Shown: positions 39,050 through 52,022, counted from the stretch's first letter. The stretch is DNA of 64,000 bases from Yuukianura sp. NJ FZ-2021 (GCA_046563655.1 CM102289.1:6448001-6512000); one strand, 5' to 3'. A program made the numbers and translations. Notes: a model not told the origin generated them from the letters alone.

Positions 39050-39757
39050 TTTGCAAGAGAAATTTTCGGGAAGGGCGGAGCTAAAAATTGCACAATGAGA
39101 GCTTTAACTGTATTTTTAGTTTGCCTTTTCAAAATGATAATTTTGTTGTGAGTATTGATTCCCGCGAGAATTGCCGAGCCAAACATCATAACCAGCCTCC
39201 GCATAGACCCTAAGTTACAAAAATTATCTATTACTAATGAAATGTATTGGATGTTTGTTCGTACGCACTGTTTGTTATACGTAAAGTCTGTCTATCAACA
39301 ACATATTATAAATACTAAAAAAACAGGGGGTTTGTTTGTCTGTCGGTAAGGGTTGGATTTGAAATGTCGGAAAAAAATGAAAAATTCGTGCATTTCAACT
39401 TCCAGTTCTTCTATTTTTGAATTTCGCATGAACGCCCCAATGAAACCCACCAAAACGTGATCCCACCATTCGTGGCAACATTTTGGTGTAAAGGCGAGGC
39501 GGCAGAAGCTCTGGGGAAAAATATTTGAGTTTAATAAATTGAAATGTCGAGAAAAGTAAAAAATTCGTTCATTTCAATTTCCACTGCTTCTATTTTTGAA
39601 TTTCACATGAACGATCCTATGAAACTTTGCAAGAGAAATTTTCCAAACAATTTAACTTTTACGAGCAGTCGGGACTCGGGAGAGGCGGAGCTAAAAGTTG
39701 CACAATGAGAGCTTTAACTGTATTTTTAGTTTGCCTTTTCAAAATCATAATTTTATT
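39050..39757 (+). mobile_element. Composite non-autonomous element, Helitron-like, with internal direct repeats
   Basis: A ~75-bp block (ggcggagctaaaa.ttgcacaatgagagctttaactgtatttttagtttgccttttcaaaat.ataatttt) occurs at ~39074 and ~39685. An ~85-bp block (gaaatgtcg...catttcaa.ttcca...ttctatttttgaattt..catgaacg...atgaaac) occurs at 39361 and 39541. TCTAT...ATATTATAAAT...GTTTGTTTGTCTGTC at 39291 resembles arthropod non-autonomous Helitron 5' ends. Confidence 0.5.
39147..39202 (-). pseudogene. Isolated acid-lipase exon fragment ([18 protein letters not shown])
   Basis: 53/56 nt identical to 50274-50329 of the lipase gene in this window; preceded on the minus strand by an acceptor-like tttttgtaacttag. 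Confidence 0.9.
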
Positions 39758-39861
39758 TCTGTTTTTATATTCTAAAAAATTAAATTAGGTTGATCGTGGT
39801 GCAAGTAAAACTAAGCTTATAGTAAATAGCTTTTTTTTTGTTATGGTATTGAGATATTATC

Positions 39862-41114
39862 CTAACGTAGTTGCTTGAGCATAAGTGCATTGCTAATAGT
39901 GTAGTTCGCAATTGCTGCAATGGATTTTCGTACAGCACTTTTGTCCAGAAAGTAGAACGACCCACAACGAATTCGACATTGTCTCAAGGAGCTTACACTT
40001 TTCTGGATAAATTTACGTTCCATGTCGGTGGTGTATCGGTTAGGTTTCACATCGCGAATGACTTTTCCCGCCCTTTCGAACAGTGTCATGCCAGAGTTTG
40101 CAATGGCAATCCAGAATATGGCCATTGTGAGAGAGACGACGCAAATGACACAGGCAATGAGCGTCGTTTTCGTAGTAATAAACAACGCGAACCCTAATGA
40201 ACTTAGGATAACAATGAGCATATTGGATGCCGTTAACAGTATTTCATAACATTCACTTTGCATTTCTGAAAGAATATACACTACCCGGTAACATCTAATT
40301 CTCTCCATTGGTGACGTAGACTTTGAGCGTCGTAGTTGTAGCAAAACCGCCGAAGTAATGCAGACAAACGGAAGAATAATCATAGAAACTTTGAGCCATT
40401 TAACAAAAGTAAGAGCGACCAATCCGGTTACAGCAATGTATATTACTATGAACAATGTTACTAAAATCGGTGTTAGGACTGTGCAGGAAAAATGTTGACA
40501 AAAAGAGCGACCAGAACAAGAAAGTAATGCGTAGAGGTCGTTGTAGAAAAGTGTGGTGGAAATTATGACCAATGGAACGCAGTATTTTCCAAGTTTACAA
40601 AAGGCGCTAGACACTGAGCCAACGACATCAACTTCATGACTTTCCGGTATTAAGTAGATTCCTAAAATTTTAAACCAAAATTTTAATACTTCCAAACTTC
40701 CTTTCCTTTCCAAATTTCAGCCTTCATTATTTTAAAAGTTAAAAGTTGAAAGAAGTTACCCTTTCGATGCTTTCCAATTTGGAGAAAAGTGTTGACAAGT
40801 TGTAAAGTTTTAGCTTTGTTTTTTACCGTGTCAATATCTATTACGATGTCCGCAAATAAAACTCCACATCCCCAAAGAATAAACAGAGTAAAAAGGTGGT
40901 TGAGTTGGTAGTAAATATTTAATATGGCCGCCAAAATTGTGCAGAAAATACTTACTGCATCAAACAGAAGTACAACTGTAGATCCAATTGCGTAGCGGCG
41001 AGAGCTGTCAAGCCCAAAATGTTCAGAAGAGCTTGATACTAAAGGACTCTGATAAGTACGATGAGATTCCCTTTGCGAATCAAACAGCAGTTTCCGACTT
41101 ACTTCTGACAACAT
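39862..41114 (-). CDS. Putative 7TM chemoreceptor (gustatory/odorant receptor superfamily-like), ~384 aa, two exons (41114-40760, 40661-39862)
   Basis: A phase-1 98-nt GT-AG intron joins two hydrophobic ORFs in frame. Multiple TM segments; C-terminus RIRCGSFYFLDKSAVRKSIAAIANYTISNALM resembles the GR/OR TM7 region. Confidence 0.7.
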
Positions 41115-41225
41115 TTCGTGCAGGTTCCTGGGTTTCAATCGGTTCAAAACTAAAAATGTTGCAATTTAAGCTCTCTCTAACACTAAACGTTTGATTGAAG
41201 CAACTCCTACTAATTACGGTCTGTC

Positions 41226-41413
41226 CCTTTTGACAAGGCACTTTTCAAAAATAATTCCAGTTGCCTTATGGGCCGTTAACATAGAATAAATTACCAATTT
41301 TTTTAAACTTTGGGTATAAACTAAATGGGGATAGTGCTTTTGATGAACTAACTGAGTTTTTCCATAAGCGTCGCAATGGAAGCGAAAAAACAGAAAGTGC
41401 CTTCTAAAAAGAG
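41226..41413. repeat. Degraded palindrome immediately upstream of the chemoreceptor-like gene
   Basis: cttttgacaaggcactttt pairs with gaaagtgccttctaaaaag; ttccagttgccttatggg pairs with cccataagcgtcgcaatggaa. Confidence 0.55.
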
Positions 41414-42347
41414 AAAAGCTATATTAATGTAAGGCAAAGTTGACAGGCAACTGTTAAAAGAACAATTAAATAGTTAAAACAATTTGTCGACGAAAGGTGT
41501 ATAGGAATAAAGAATTTTAAACAGACTAAAAAACTGGTAATGTACAATGTTGTTAACGGAAAATTGGGCGCCAACTAACTTTCGAAGGAGCTGATTTTGA
41601 AAATTATGGGCATGTGAAAACTATGACTGGCACCAAATTTAAAAATGTGGATTTGCGGTTAAAACTAACTCGTCTATTGGTTTGAAATCCAGTCCACAAG
41701 TTGCTGATTTAGCAAACGCTTCTTAAGACAAGATTTTGGTGTGGTTGCTTTTTTGTGAATAACCCTGTAGAAATAAAATTACATTTCGCTGGGCTGGTTT
41801 AGACAAATATTTTATTGGATTCTGGATTTCCTGTACAAGACAGTTCAATTTGAAAATATTAAAACCCAAATACTCTGTTGGTTATGGAATTTAAATTTTT
41901 CATTTTCTAATTTCTTTGTTTGAAAATCATTTTTCAAAATTTTATTTAATTCTAATTTTCTAAAAAGACAACCACCTGTCTAGGGCAGGCGAATTGTTCA
42001 AGGAGCTTTCAAGAACACAAAAATCGAAAAATCATTATACAGCATACAAAATTTAAACTATAACTTCATTTTGCCAAGCGCACGAAAACACGAAGAAGTT
42101 TTTACCGTGTTCTTCGAAAATAGAAAGGACCATGTTTCGGGCTTATCAAATCAAACTCTATGTGTCTTTGGATATGTTGAAACACAATTTTACAACTTTG
42201 ATGTGTTTAACAACTAAAGGAATGAGTGGTTTTTCTTTTATATCCGACTCACGGAATATGATTGAACCAATATAATTTATATTTCAATTTACGTTTTATT
42301 GTATTATAAATTTTGTGAAATTTTTAAAGTTACGTATGCCACAATTC

Positions 42348-43808
42348 TTATAATTTTGTAGGTGGTCTTCTAAAAGTAAATTTGAGAATAACAAGTAAAG
42401 CTACAGTAATTATTGTCGTACTAAATAAGTTAACATAAATTAAAATTATTGAATTTTGCTCAATTTGTTCTCCAATCACAAGAGGGAAAATGGATGCCAA
42501 CAGAGATCCACTGACGAGCATCGTCGATCCAACTGCGTTTGTAAATTCAAGATGGCGCTCAATATATGCGCAGAAACTAGGGTTGACTGTTGAATATCCA
42601 ATACCGAGCAAAACGACTCCACTCCATAAGCCTACAACCGAACCTCCAAAAGGAATTAAAATACCGCAGGATACAAAAAGTACAAGGATGTTGAAAACCA
42701 AAATGAAAAGTGGCGGGATTTTCATATTTGCGAAAATTCCCAGTCCCCTGAAAATGGCGTAGCTGCCCGTGAGAGCTGTCATGATCTGAGCTCCTTCTGC
42801 TGGTGACATTTGTAGCTCTCCATATTGAGCAAACGTTGAAATGAACTGTATTGATACCATTTCCATTCCTTGGTAGAATCCTAGAAAAATGGCTGATAGG
42901 ACAATGAGTGTGATTTTGAGGTACTTGGGGTCAACGACCTTCATGAGACTTTGATTTTCCTTGAGGGCTTCAATATTGCCTAGTTTTTCTGGAAAGTCGA
43001 CAGGAGGCGCTGGTGTGTAGCGATGAAACACGAAAAAGTAGAGTTGCGTAGTAGCTGCCATTGTGCTAAAAGTTCCAGCAATTGTAAATGGAATCCAGAA
43101 AACTTCGTTTTGAACAGGCGCAGGCGTAGTTCCACCGCTGGTGTCTTCTGGACTTGCTGGAGTGAGAAATGGACCAAGCAGGATGGACGGAACGAGTGAC
43201 CCAACGGCGTAGAAGAAATGTTGACCTTGAATAAATGGACCTGTGTTGGGTTGCCACATTTCGATGACCCACACATTTTGAGAGGCATTGTAGATACCAT
43301 TGCAGAGTCCTGCAAATGTTGCGAGTGCGTAGAGCGTGTAAATCGTAGGACAAATTGGCGCCAAAAACAAACATACTGAAATTCCGAGTAATGCAACGAA
43401 CGCTCCGAGTTGACGATTGAAAAAATTGTAGATAAAACTTGCTAAAAAATTGAAAAAAAAAGTTGGTTTCAGAAAAGTGTTCTAAAAGATGGAAATATTT
43501 TTTTGAAGAATATCTTACTCAGCAAAGCTCCAACCATGTAACTGGAAGTTAAGATTGTAAATACAACAGCAACTGCGTCCACATCAACTCCATACTTGAT
43601 TTGGAAATCTGTAACGGAGGGAGAGTACATGTTCATGCCCATCGCCTATAAAAGAAAACCATTTTTTTTTACAAAATGACTAATGTGAATAAAAAGAAGC
43701 AGTTTTTGAAATATTTAAACTTACAAGACAAATGTTTCCAAAATATATGCCGGCAGTAGTGCCAATTTTTTGGCGCTTTGTAAATACTGCAATTGACTTC
43801 TCATTCAT
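42348..43808 (-). CDS. MFS transporter, MFSD4 / sodium-dependent glucose transporter 1-like, copy 1 (three exons)
   Basis: Starts MNEKSIAVFTKRQKIGTTAGIYFGNICL; contains WVIEMWQPNTGPFIQGQHFFYAVGSLVP and many TM helices; two short introns. Confidence 0.88.
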
Positions 43809-44560
43809 TTTGAATCTCACTCAGTTTTCTACGATTTTAACTACTTAACGAATTGAAATTTTGCAATTTTTTCTGGTTTTGCAAAACTAATTTATAGAAA
43901 TAAAATTAGTACAGGTGAGGAAAGAGTTAGTAATCAACTTTCTACTACTTAATCTCAATGGGAGCATGATTTTTATCAGTATTAGATTGTGTCAATTTTT
44001 CAAGTTCCCGGATTCTGCCATTAGTGCACAACCTGGTATGACTTTACAGTGCATATAACGCAAACGTGTCAAAGTTATGGAAAAATAAGCAATGAATTTC
44101 TACGACCTACGCTTCACAAGGTGGCTTTGAGCCACATGCCACATCTCCCTTCGCTGATGTAATTCACGTGGACGCAAGAATTCCACATGAAATGTTCGTG
44201 TTGAGGCAGATATAAATCTCGTAAATTTTTAATTTATACTTGCATGGTATGCGCTTTGTGGGTAAACCAAAAAAAAATCTTAAGCGTCAATGCCTTGCCG
44301 ATCTTTGACATATGGTCCATTCACTTTAAAAAATTGCAAGCGATTTCATTTCCAAGGATTATGTGCAATTAGTATGAATTGTTTTTAGATGTTGTTTCAA
44401 ATAAAATGTGTATATTTATTCATGCAATTTAAATCTAGTATTTACTACAGAATGTAATTTAAAAAAAAGTTATCAGGAATAGTACTGCACGAGTGAGATT
44501 TTTAGTGATATGAATACTGACGAATTGCGACTGACGCGCACCGAGAATTCCCTATTTTTT

Positions 44561-46033
44561 TTATAACTTTGTTGGCGATCTTTTAAAAGTGAATTTCAAA
44601 ATGACGATTAACGCAACAGTGATTAGCGTTGTAGTGATTAAGTCCACATAAATCAAAGCGATTGCATTGTTTTCAATTTGGGCGCCAATTATGAGCGGAA
44701 AAATCGCTGCCACCAGGGAGCCACTGACGAGCATCGTAGATCCAATTGCATTTGTAAATTCAAGATGGCGCTCAATGTACGCACAGAAGCTGGGATAGGT
44801 CGCTGAACATCCAAGACCAAGCAGAACTACTCCAGTCCAAAGTCCTACTATTGAACCTCCGAAAATAATTAGAACTCCATAGGAAACGAAGAGCATGAGA
44901 ATGTTAAACGTCAAAATGAAAATTGCCGGCACTTTTAAATTTGCCAAAACTGCAAGGCCTCTGAACAGGGTGAAACTGGCTGTCAGTCCCGTCATGATCT
45001 GGGCTCCTTCTGCTTGTGATAGCTGTAGCGGTCCCAATTGAGCAAACGTTGAAATGAATTGGAATGTGGTCATTTCTAGTCCTTGATAGAAGCCTAAAAA
45101 TGTTGCCGATAGGACAATGATCATGACCTTTAGGTACTTGGGGTCAATGACCTTGGAAATTTCTTCTTGTTTAGAGAGTGACCCACTCGTGTCTGGTTTC
45201 TCTTGAAGTTCGACTGGTGGCGGTGGTGAATAGCGTTCAAAAATGAAGAAATAGAGTTGGAAAATTGCTGCCATAGCGGCCAAAATACCTGAAATTGTAA
45301 ATGGAATCCACATCTGACTAGAGCTGGCTGCGTCAAGCGTTGATTCAAGGTTCGTGTGGACATGTTCTGGAGTAAGAAATGGACCGACTAGGATAGATGG
45401 CACTAGTGACCCAACAGCAAATGAGAAATGTTGACCTTGAATAAATGGACCAGCACCGGGTTGCCACATTTCAATGACCCAGACAGTTTGCCCAACGCTG
45501 TGAACACCAATGCAAAATCCTAGAAATGCTACAACTGCTAGGAGACTGAAAATCGTGGGACAGTGTGGTGTTAAAAACAGAGAAATTGCGATCCCGGTTA
45601 GTGAAAGACAAACTCCGAGTTGACGATTGAGGAATTTGAAAATAAAACTTGCTAAAAAATAAAAATAACAAAAACTTTTTGATTTGATTTTAAATTGTTT
45701 GTAGAACTCAAAATTTCGGATTTTTGTACTCACTCAGCAAAGCTCCAATGAGATAGCAGAGGTTTAGCACTGTAAATATAACGGCAACTTCACCAACCAA
45801 AACACCGAACTTGTTTGACAATTCAACAACAAGTGGAGAATACACGTTCAGACAAATACCCTATTCGATGGGGAAAATATTATAATTTGTTTTATTATAA
45901 AAGTAAATACATGTTTTTGTCAATTTCAAATTCTTAAAATTTAACTTACTATGCAAAAGTTTCCAAAACAAATGCCGAAAGTAGTGCCAAGTTTTTGGCG
46001 TCTTGAAAATACCGGCACTGACTTTTCATTCAT
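44561..46033 (-). CDS. MFS transporter, MFSD4-like, tandem copy 2 (three exons)
   Basis: Starts MNEKSVPVFSRRQKLGTTFGICFGNFCI; same intron positions and high similarity to copy 1 (PSFCAYIERHLEFTNA shared). Confidence 0.88.
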
Positions 46034-46618
46034 TTTGGTTGAACTTTAGTTCCAACGCTAAAAGTTAAAAACTTTAACTGCAAAATTTTGAAGATTGTGG
46101 AATTATTTTATCAGAAAGCTAAAGAAATCTTAACCTGGGTTCTTGTGTAACATAATTCTCCCTACTTTAATCGGAACGTGCTCATCAATGTGGATTTTGT
46201 ATCATTTTCTTCAGATCACACCTTTGGTCTCCTTAAAATTAACTAAAAGATTTCGTTGCAAAATGCAAACGTTTCAAAATTCTGACAGAAAATTTGAATT
46301 TTTGCAATCTAACTCTACGTGGAGTTTGAAGAACCAAACGCGAGCCTCACGATACTCACGTGGCTTTCAAAAAATTTCAATTGAAGTTCTTCTTCTCATC
46401 CTTTGGTTTCGTGTGTTCTTCATGCTTACTAATTTTTGGAATTTTATTATTGTTAAATTTGACAGTAACGGAAATTGACGAATGACGTAGGACTGCTGGA
46501 ATGCATGTAAATCGTTTAATTAACGGGTTAAAACAACAAAAGTTCAAGGTTTAAGAATTTAATTCTTAAATATTGAACATAAATTTTGAAATATTTGAGT
46601 ACACCTTCTTTTTTGGCA

Positions 46619-47425
46619 TTACTTTTTAGCATTAATATTGTCAATCGCAAACTGTCCGAAAACTTTGGCTCCCTTGTCATTTACTTCATCGTAGTTTTTG
46701 ATTTCTTTCTTGAGTTTGTTGTAGTAAGCAAATACTTTTTGAAATGGACTCAACTTAACTCCAGTGGCCTCCATCGTACTCAGAGACGACATGATACTGA
46801 AGTCTGCAATTGTTAAAGAGTCTCCCGCCACATAACTAGTTTTGTCCAAAATTTCATCCAGCACGCCAAGAACTTCATCCAGTTTAGCAACAGCCTGTTG
46901 ATTGACTGGTTGACCGGAAAATATGGCAGGGTACTACAACAAAATCAATGGAAACGAGTTACAAGTTAATATTTTTTTCAAAATTGGAAAACAAAAAACA
47001 GCCCTTACATATGCCTTTTCAAATTCGCGGTAGAGACTTGTAATGTCAAAAAAGAGGAGGCGGTCGACCTGTGCCCTTTCCTTAGCTGATTTTGGATACA
47101 AACTGTCGTTTTTGCCATAAGCATTTGCTAGGTACATCATAATTGCTCGACTCTCGGTTAATATAAATCCATTATCATTGATTGCTGGAACAGTACGCCT
47201 AGGATTCACCTACAAAAAAAAATTTCATTGAAATAAAAACAATCAAAAAACTTAAAATCAAGAAATTTTATTAGAAAAAGTTACTTTGGCATATTCTGGC
47301 TTAAGATGCTCTCCTTTGAAGAGATCCACTTCCTTGATGTTAAGCTTAATTCCAAGAGCTTCCGCTGTCATAAAAACAGCACGACAGTGGGTACAGCCAA
47401 AAAATCCAAAACAATCGATAGTCAT
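46619..47425 (-). CDS. Glutathione S-transferase, Delta/Epsilon-like, copy 1 with CTHC at the active-site position (three exons)
   Basis: MTIDCFGFFGCTHCRAVFMTAEALG...GEHLKPEYAK|VNPRRTVPAINDNGFILTESRAIMMYL...YVAGDSLTIADFS. Confidence 0.93.
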
Positions 47426-47788
47426 TCTTGGAAAAAAAGCGGAAAAACCTAAACTTGTGGTAAAATGTTAAGTTAATTCAGGGTAGAATTTAAGTCCAGA
47501 TCGACCAGGACTGACTGACATGAATTGCAAAATGCAAAAACAGTAAAATGCACTCACATCTTTTACTTTTGCTGGAAATATTTTTTCAGAACTCAAGTCC
47601 CAAGTCGCCTGATTCTTTAACTGCGTATGCAAAATTCTCAACAACAAACAATTATTTATCTAATCTTGTGTTCACAATGCTCAAATACTGCCGCCCACAT
47701 TGAAAAATTGAAAGGTTGAAACAACAAAGGTTCAAGGTTTCAAAATTATTGAATTATTTAATACAAACTTCGAAATATTTTTGTCACA

Positions 47789-48602
47789 TTATTTTTTGGC
47801 AAAGATGTGGCTTGCAAACTGCCCAAAAGCTTTAGCTCCCTTGTCGTTTACTTCGTCGTAGTTTTTGATTTCTTTCTTGAGTTTGTTGAAATAAGCAAAT
47901 ACTTTTTGAAATGGTCGCAGCTTAACTCCAGTGGCCTCCATTGTGCTTAGAGACGACATGATACTGAAGTCTGCAATTGTTAAAGAGTCTCCAGCTACAT
48001 AAGTAGTTTTGTCCAAAATTTCATCCAGAACGCCCAGCATTTCATCTAGTTTCGCAACTGCCTGCTGATTGATTGGTTGACCAGCAAATATGGCTGGATA
48101 CTACAAAAGACAAAAAGAAATAAGTCATAAGTTATTTTTTTTCAAATTTTGGAAAACAAAAAATTTGAAAGTACTTACATATGCATTTTCAAATTCGCGA
48201 TAGAGACTTGTAATGTCAAAAAAGATGAGGCGGTCGACCTGTCCCCTTTGCTTTGCTGGTTTTGGATACAAATTGTCATTTTTACCGTAAGCGTTTACGA
48301 GATACATCATAATTGCTCGACTCTCGGTTAAGATGTATCCATTATCGTTGATTGCTGGAATAGTACGTCTAGGATTGATCTACAAAAAATTAAATTGCAT
48401 CAGTATTTCAAAGAAAAAAATCAAAAACTTGAAATTGAAAAATTTAATTATAAAAACTCGCCTTGCCAAATTCCGGTTTAAGATGCTCTCCTTTCATGAG
48501 ATCTACTTCCTTGATGTTAAGCTTAATTCCAAGCGCTTCCGCTGTCATATAAATAGCACGACAGGGGGCACTGGGAATAAATCCATAACAGTCGATAGTC
48601 AT
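47789..48602 (-). CDS. Glutathione S-transferase, Delta/Epsilon-like, copy 2 with canonical SAPC (three exons; first intron GC-AG)
   Basis: MTIDCYGFIPSAPCRAIYMTAEALG...GEHLKPEFGK|INPRRTIPAINDNGYILTESRAIMMYL...YVAGDSLTIADFS. Confidence 0.93.
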
Positions 48603-49092
48603 TTTGAAAAAAAAAAACACCGGAAAATGCAAACTTGTGATAAAATGTTATGTTATGTTAAGTTAGGGTAGTAGGAATTTAAATTCAGAACAGAACGACA
48701 AGGACTGAACTAAATCGGAAAGTGCAAAAAAAGTAACCTACATTTACACCTTTTTATTTTTCTAGAGATAATTTAGGCTAAAAATCAAATCTCAAATCGC
48801 ATGAATCTTCGAACTATTATGTGTGCAAAATTCCTAACCGAAAACAGTTATCTAATCTGGTGTTCACAAATCCATACATGGCGTCACCCACATTGAAAAA
48901 TTGAAATGGAATGAACTGGATTATTTTGAAATAGGCATTTGAACAGTCACGCGAATAAAGTCAACTGATAAACAGATAACTTGTAATTACTAAATTTTTA
49001 GTTGAGTAGATGTATACGGGATGACCTAAGAATTAATGACTAACTCAAACCAAATTAAAGTTTAAGTTAACAAGAAAAAATTTGAGATTTGA

Positions 49093-50898
49093 TTAGTTAT
49101 ATTTTGACAAAATTTTGATCAGGGGTTTGTTCACGAGAATATCAACATCTTTTGCTACGACGAAATCAACGTGATTGAACTCCGGAAAATCAACGCGAAA
49201 ATTTAGAACAACATTTGGTAGTGTCCGTTCCAAACGATCAACGTCCTGCAATAAAGTGGAAGGAAAAATTTAAAATTTTGAAGAAAAAACGATAATTTTT
49301 TTTTGATGCAATGTTGTTTCTTACAACTGGAGTGCAAATGATGTCATTTTGACCCCAAAATAATGCAACAGGAGCTTTGACATTTGAGAGGTCATATTTT
49401 TTCGGAGTAGATTTTCTGTAATCTCTTGAATTCCATTTTCCATGATCATACATTTGGAATTCTCCGGATCTGATGTTTTGAAAATAGTGAAATCCAGTTT
49501 GCGTAGAAACTGTTGATGGAACATGAGCCAACATCACGGGTAGTTGAGTCTGAAAATTGTCAAAACTGATCATCAAATTTCTATATTACACAAAATGTCA
49601 AAGAACTTACATAATTTATTTGCTTTGGATCGTGTCCAGCCAAAAGAAACACAACTTCCTCACACAGGTCGTGAAGTCTCATTTCAGGCTGCGAAATTTA
49701 AAAAAAAATTTGAAAAAAATTTTGCAACCTGCGTAAGACATTTAGAACGTACTGTACAAAATTCAGGTCCTATAAATTCTAGCGTCTTTGAGATGAATTT
49801 TGGCAAGAAAATGCCATGTCCGAGTATATCTAAAATGATCTGCAAGTGTAATGATAAAAAATGTTAATTTTTGCTAAATTTAAGACAAATCTTGTAAAAA
49901 GTTCGAACTAACTTTCTCAGCTCTGCCGTATAATTCTGACAAAATTTTGGCAGGTCCAGCGGTGTGCTTGAGATAGACTGCTGGACCAAATGCTGCCATG
50001 AAATTGACTTTGGAATTGTACTCAGGCCGGGTAGAAAGAAAAACAAAAAACATTGACGTCCCCATTGAGTGTCCAACGTAGCTCAGATTTTCTTTTCCGG
50101 TGGCATTTAGAACATAGTCTATCGCTGCCGGAAGATCATACCTTCCCATTTCATCCCAACTAAAAAAGTTCACACAGATTTTGACAAAAAATACAAAAGT
50201 TTCTACTGAAAAGTTTAAAACTTACCTGAACCTCCAGTACGCAATGTGTTTTGTAGAAAGCGTCACGTGAGCCTGTGAGTACTGATTCCCGCGAGAATTG
50301 CCGAGCCAAACGTCATAACCTGCCTCCGCCAGCATGAAGCCTTCATTACAAACATAAAATTATGTTGAAACCAACAAATTTCAAAATTGTAAAATTTTGA
50401 TTTTTTTGTTAGCGTACCAAGAGATTTTTGTTCTACATTGATAACCCAATCTGCCGAAGTTCCAAACATCCCATGTTGAAGAAAAACTACTGGACGTGAT
50501 TTGTTTCCATTCAGATTCGAATTATTTTTGCCATGTGGAATTCTGTGAAGAGTTTGAATGTAACCATCTTCGGATGTCACTGTGTGAATTTCTGCAGGAA
50601 ATCCATGTCGCTGAATCAACTCTGGCTAAAATTAAAAACAAAAGTTGCAAACTTTTAGATTTTAAGGCCTAAAATTGCTAATGTTTCATACCGTCGTCAA
50701 ATGAATATCCGGGTTTTCGTTCGGATCATCCCGATTGACGTCTTCTTCTAGCTCATTCGATTTGACTTCTTTTGTTCCAATTTCAGAATTATCTTCTTCA
50801 AATGTAAACACTTTCATGCGCGGAGAATACCCACAGGTTATTGACCCCATCAGCAGAAAAGATAGACAAAGAATGACAGACTTATGGGGATAATCCAT
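49093..50898 (-). CDS. Acid lipase (lipase 3 / gastric-lysosomal lipase family), multi-exon
   Basis: Signal peptide; [64 protein letters not shown]; nucleophile motif GHSMG; WGQND (Asp); FNHVDF (His). Confidence 0.95.
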
Positions 50899-52022
50899 TT
50901 CAGAATTTTATAGAAATTGAAGTATTGAAAATGTAAACAAATCTTTCTTGAATTTTCCTTTTTCGATCATGCAGTTTCCGTTTTCAGGAAATTTTCCACC
51001 CCTCAGGCACAAAAATTTGACTTGTGTTGAAACTCGAACATAAAAATACGAAAACGGAGATTCGACAACAACTAGAAGCAGAAACCCGAGAAAATAAAGA
51101 CTTTATGAACTTGGCGTTATGACAGCACCAAAGAATTATTGTAATTGCTCTGTTTTACTTGTATCCGGTGTGGTGTCTAAATGAAGATTACAACATAACT
51201 ACAACAGGAAAATGCCAAAGTAAACGTTAAGCTTTTTTTTTTTTTGTAAGAAAAGAAATCAGAGGGGTGGATGCAGTTTACATTGGTTATGTACAGGGTG
51301 AATCTAATCCTGCGATTAAACTAGCAGAAACAAACGATGTGTCCTCCCAAGAGAATAAAGTGTCAAATGTGAAGACTAATCAAGGATTTCTCATCATCTA
51401 GAAAACAAAATTTGTAGTTTCAAACATTAAACCAGTTATGAGATGATTCACGAATCAAAATGAAGTCATCATTTGCAACCTTTAAGTTCTAACCTGATTT
51501 TACGTACCTAAGTTAAGTCTGTGTCAGATGACATTCAACTTTCATGATAAATGAAATGAAGATGAGTCAAACCTTGAAAAATTTCGTATTAAGCAATAAA
51601 TTTATTCCCACCAAACAAACAATGGACTTAAACTGTCGTTCCCTTTTAACACGTAAGGTAAAGTAACTTACAGCAAAAATTCAGCACAAATGTTCAACTA
51701 TAGGAACATTTGAGTTCTTTAACTTTTATTTTGAATGAAACACACGATTTGTAGAACGGAATGTTTCACTAATATTTACGAGTATAAACTGAAATTAAAC
51801 TCTGTCTGATGTGATTTGTTCTTGAAATGAACTTTGTTGGGTGTTTCCGTTATAGCAGTTCCAAGTATGCGAGGGATAAAGCAAACTAGCCATAAATATT
51901 TTCCCAAATTTTCAATATAAACTAATATTAATTTAGTAATTCGATGTAACAAACAATTTTATTATAGATGAAGTTCTTGAAACTGTATGTGGTTACGCCG
52001 TACGTGGAAGTCGGCAAAGCGG

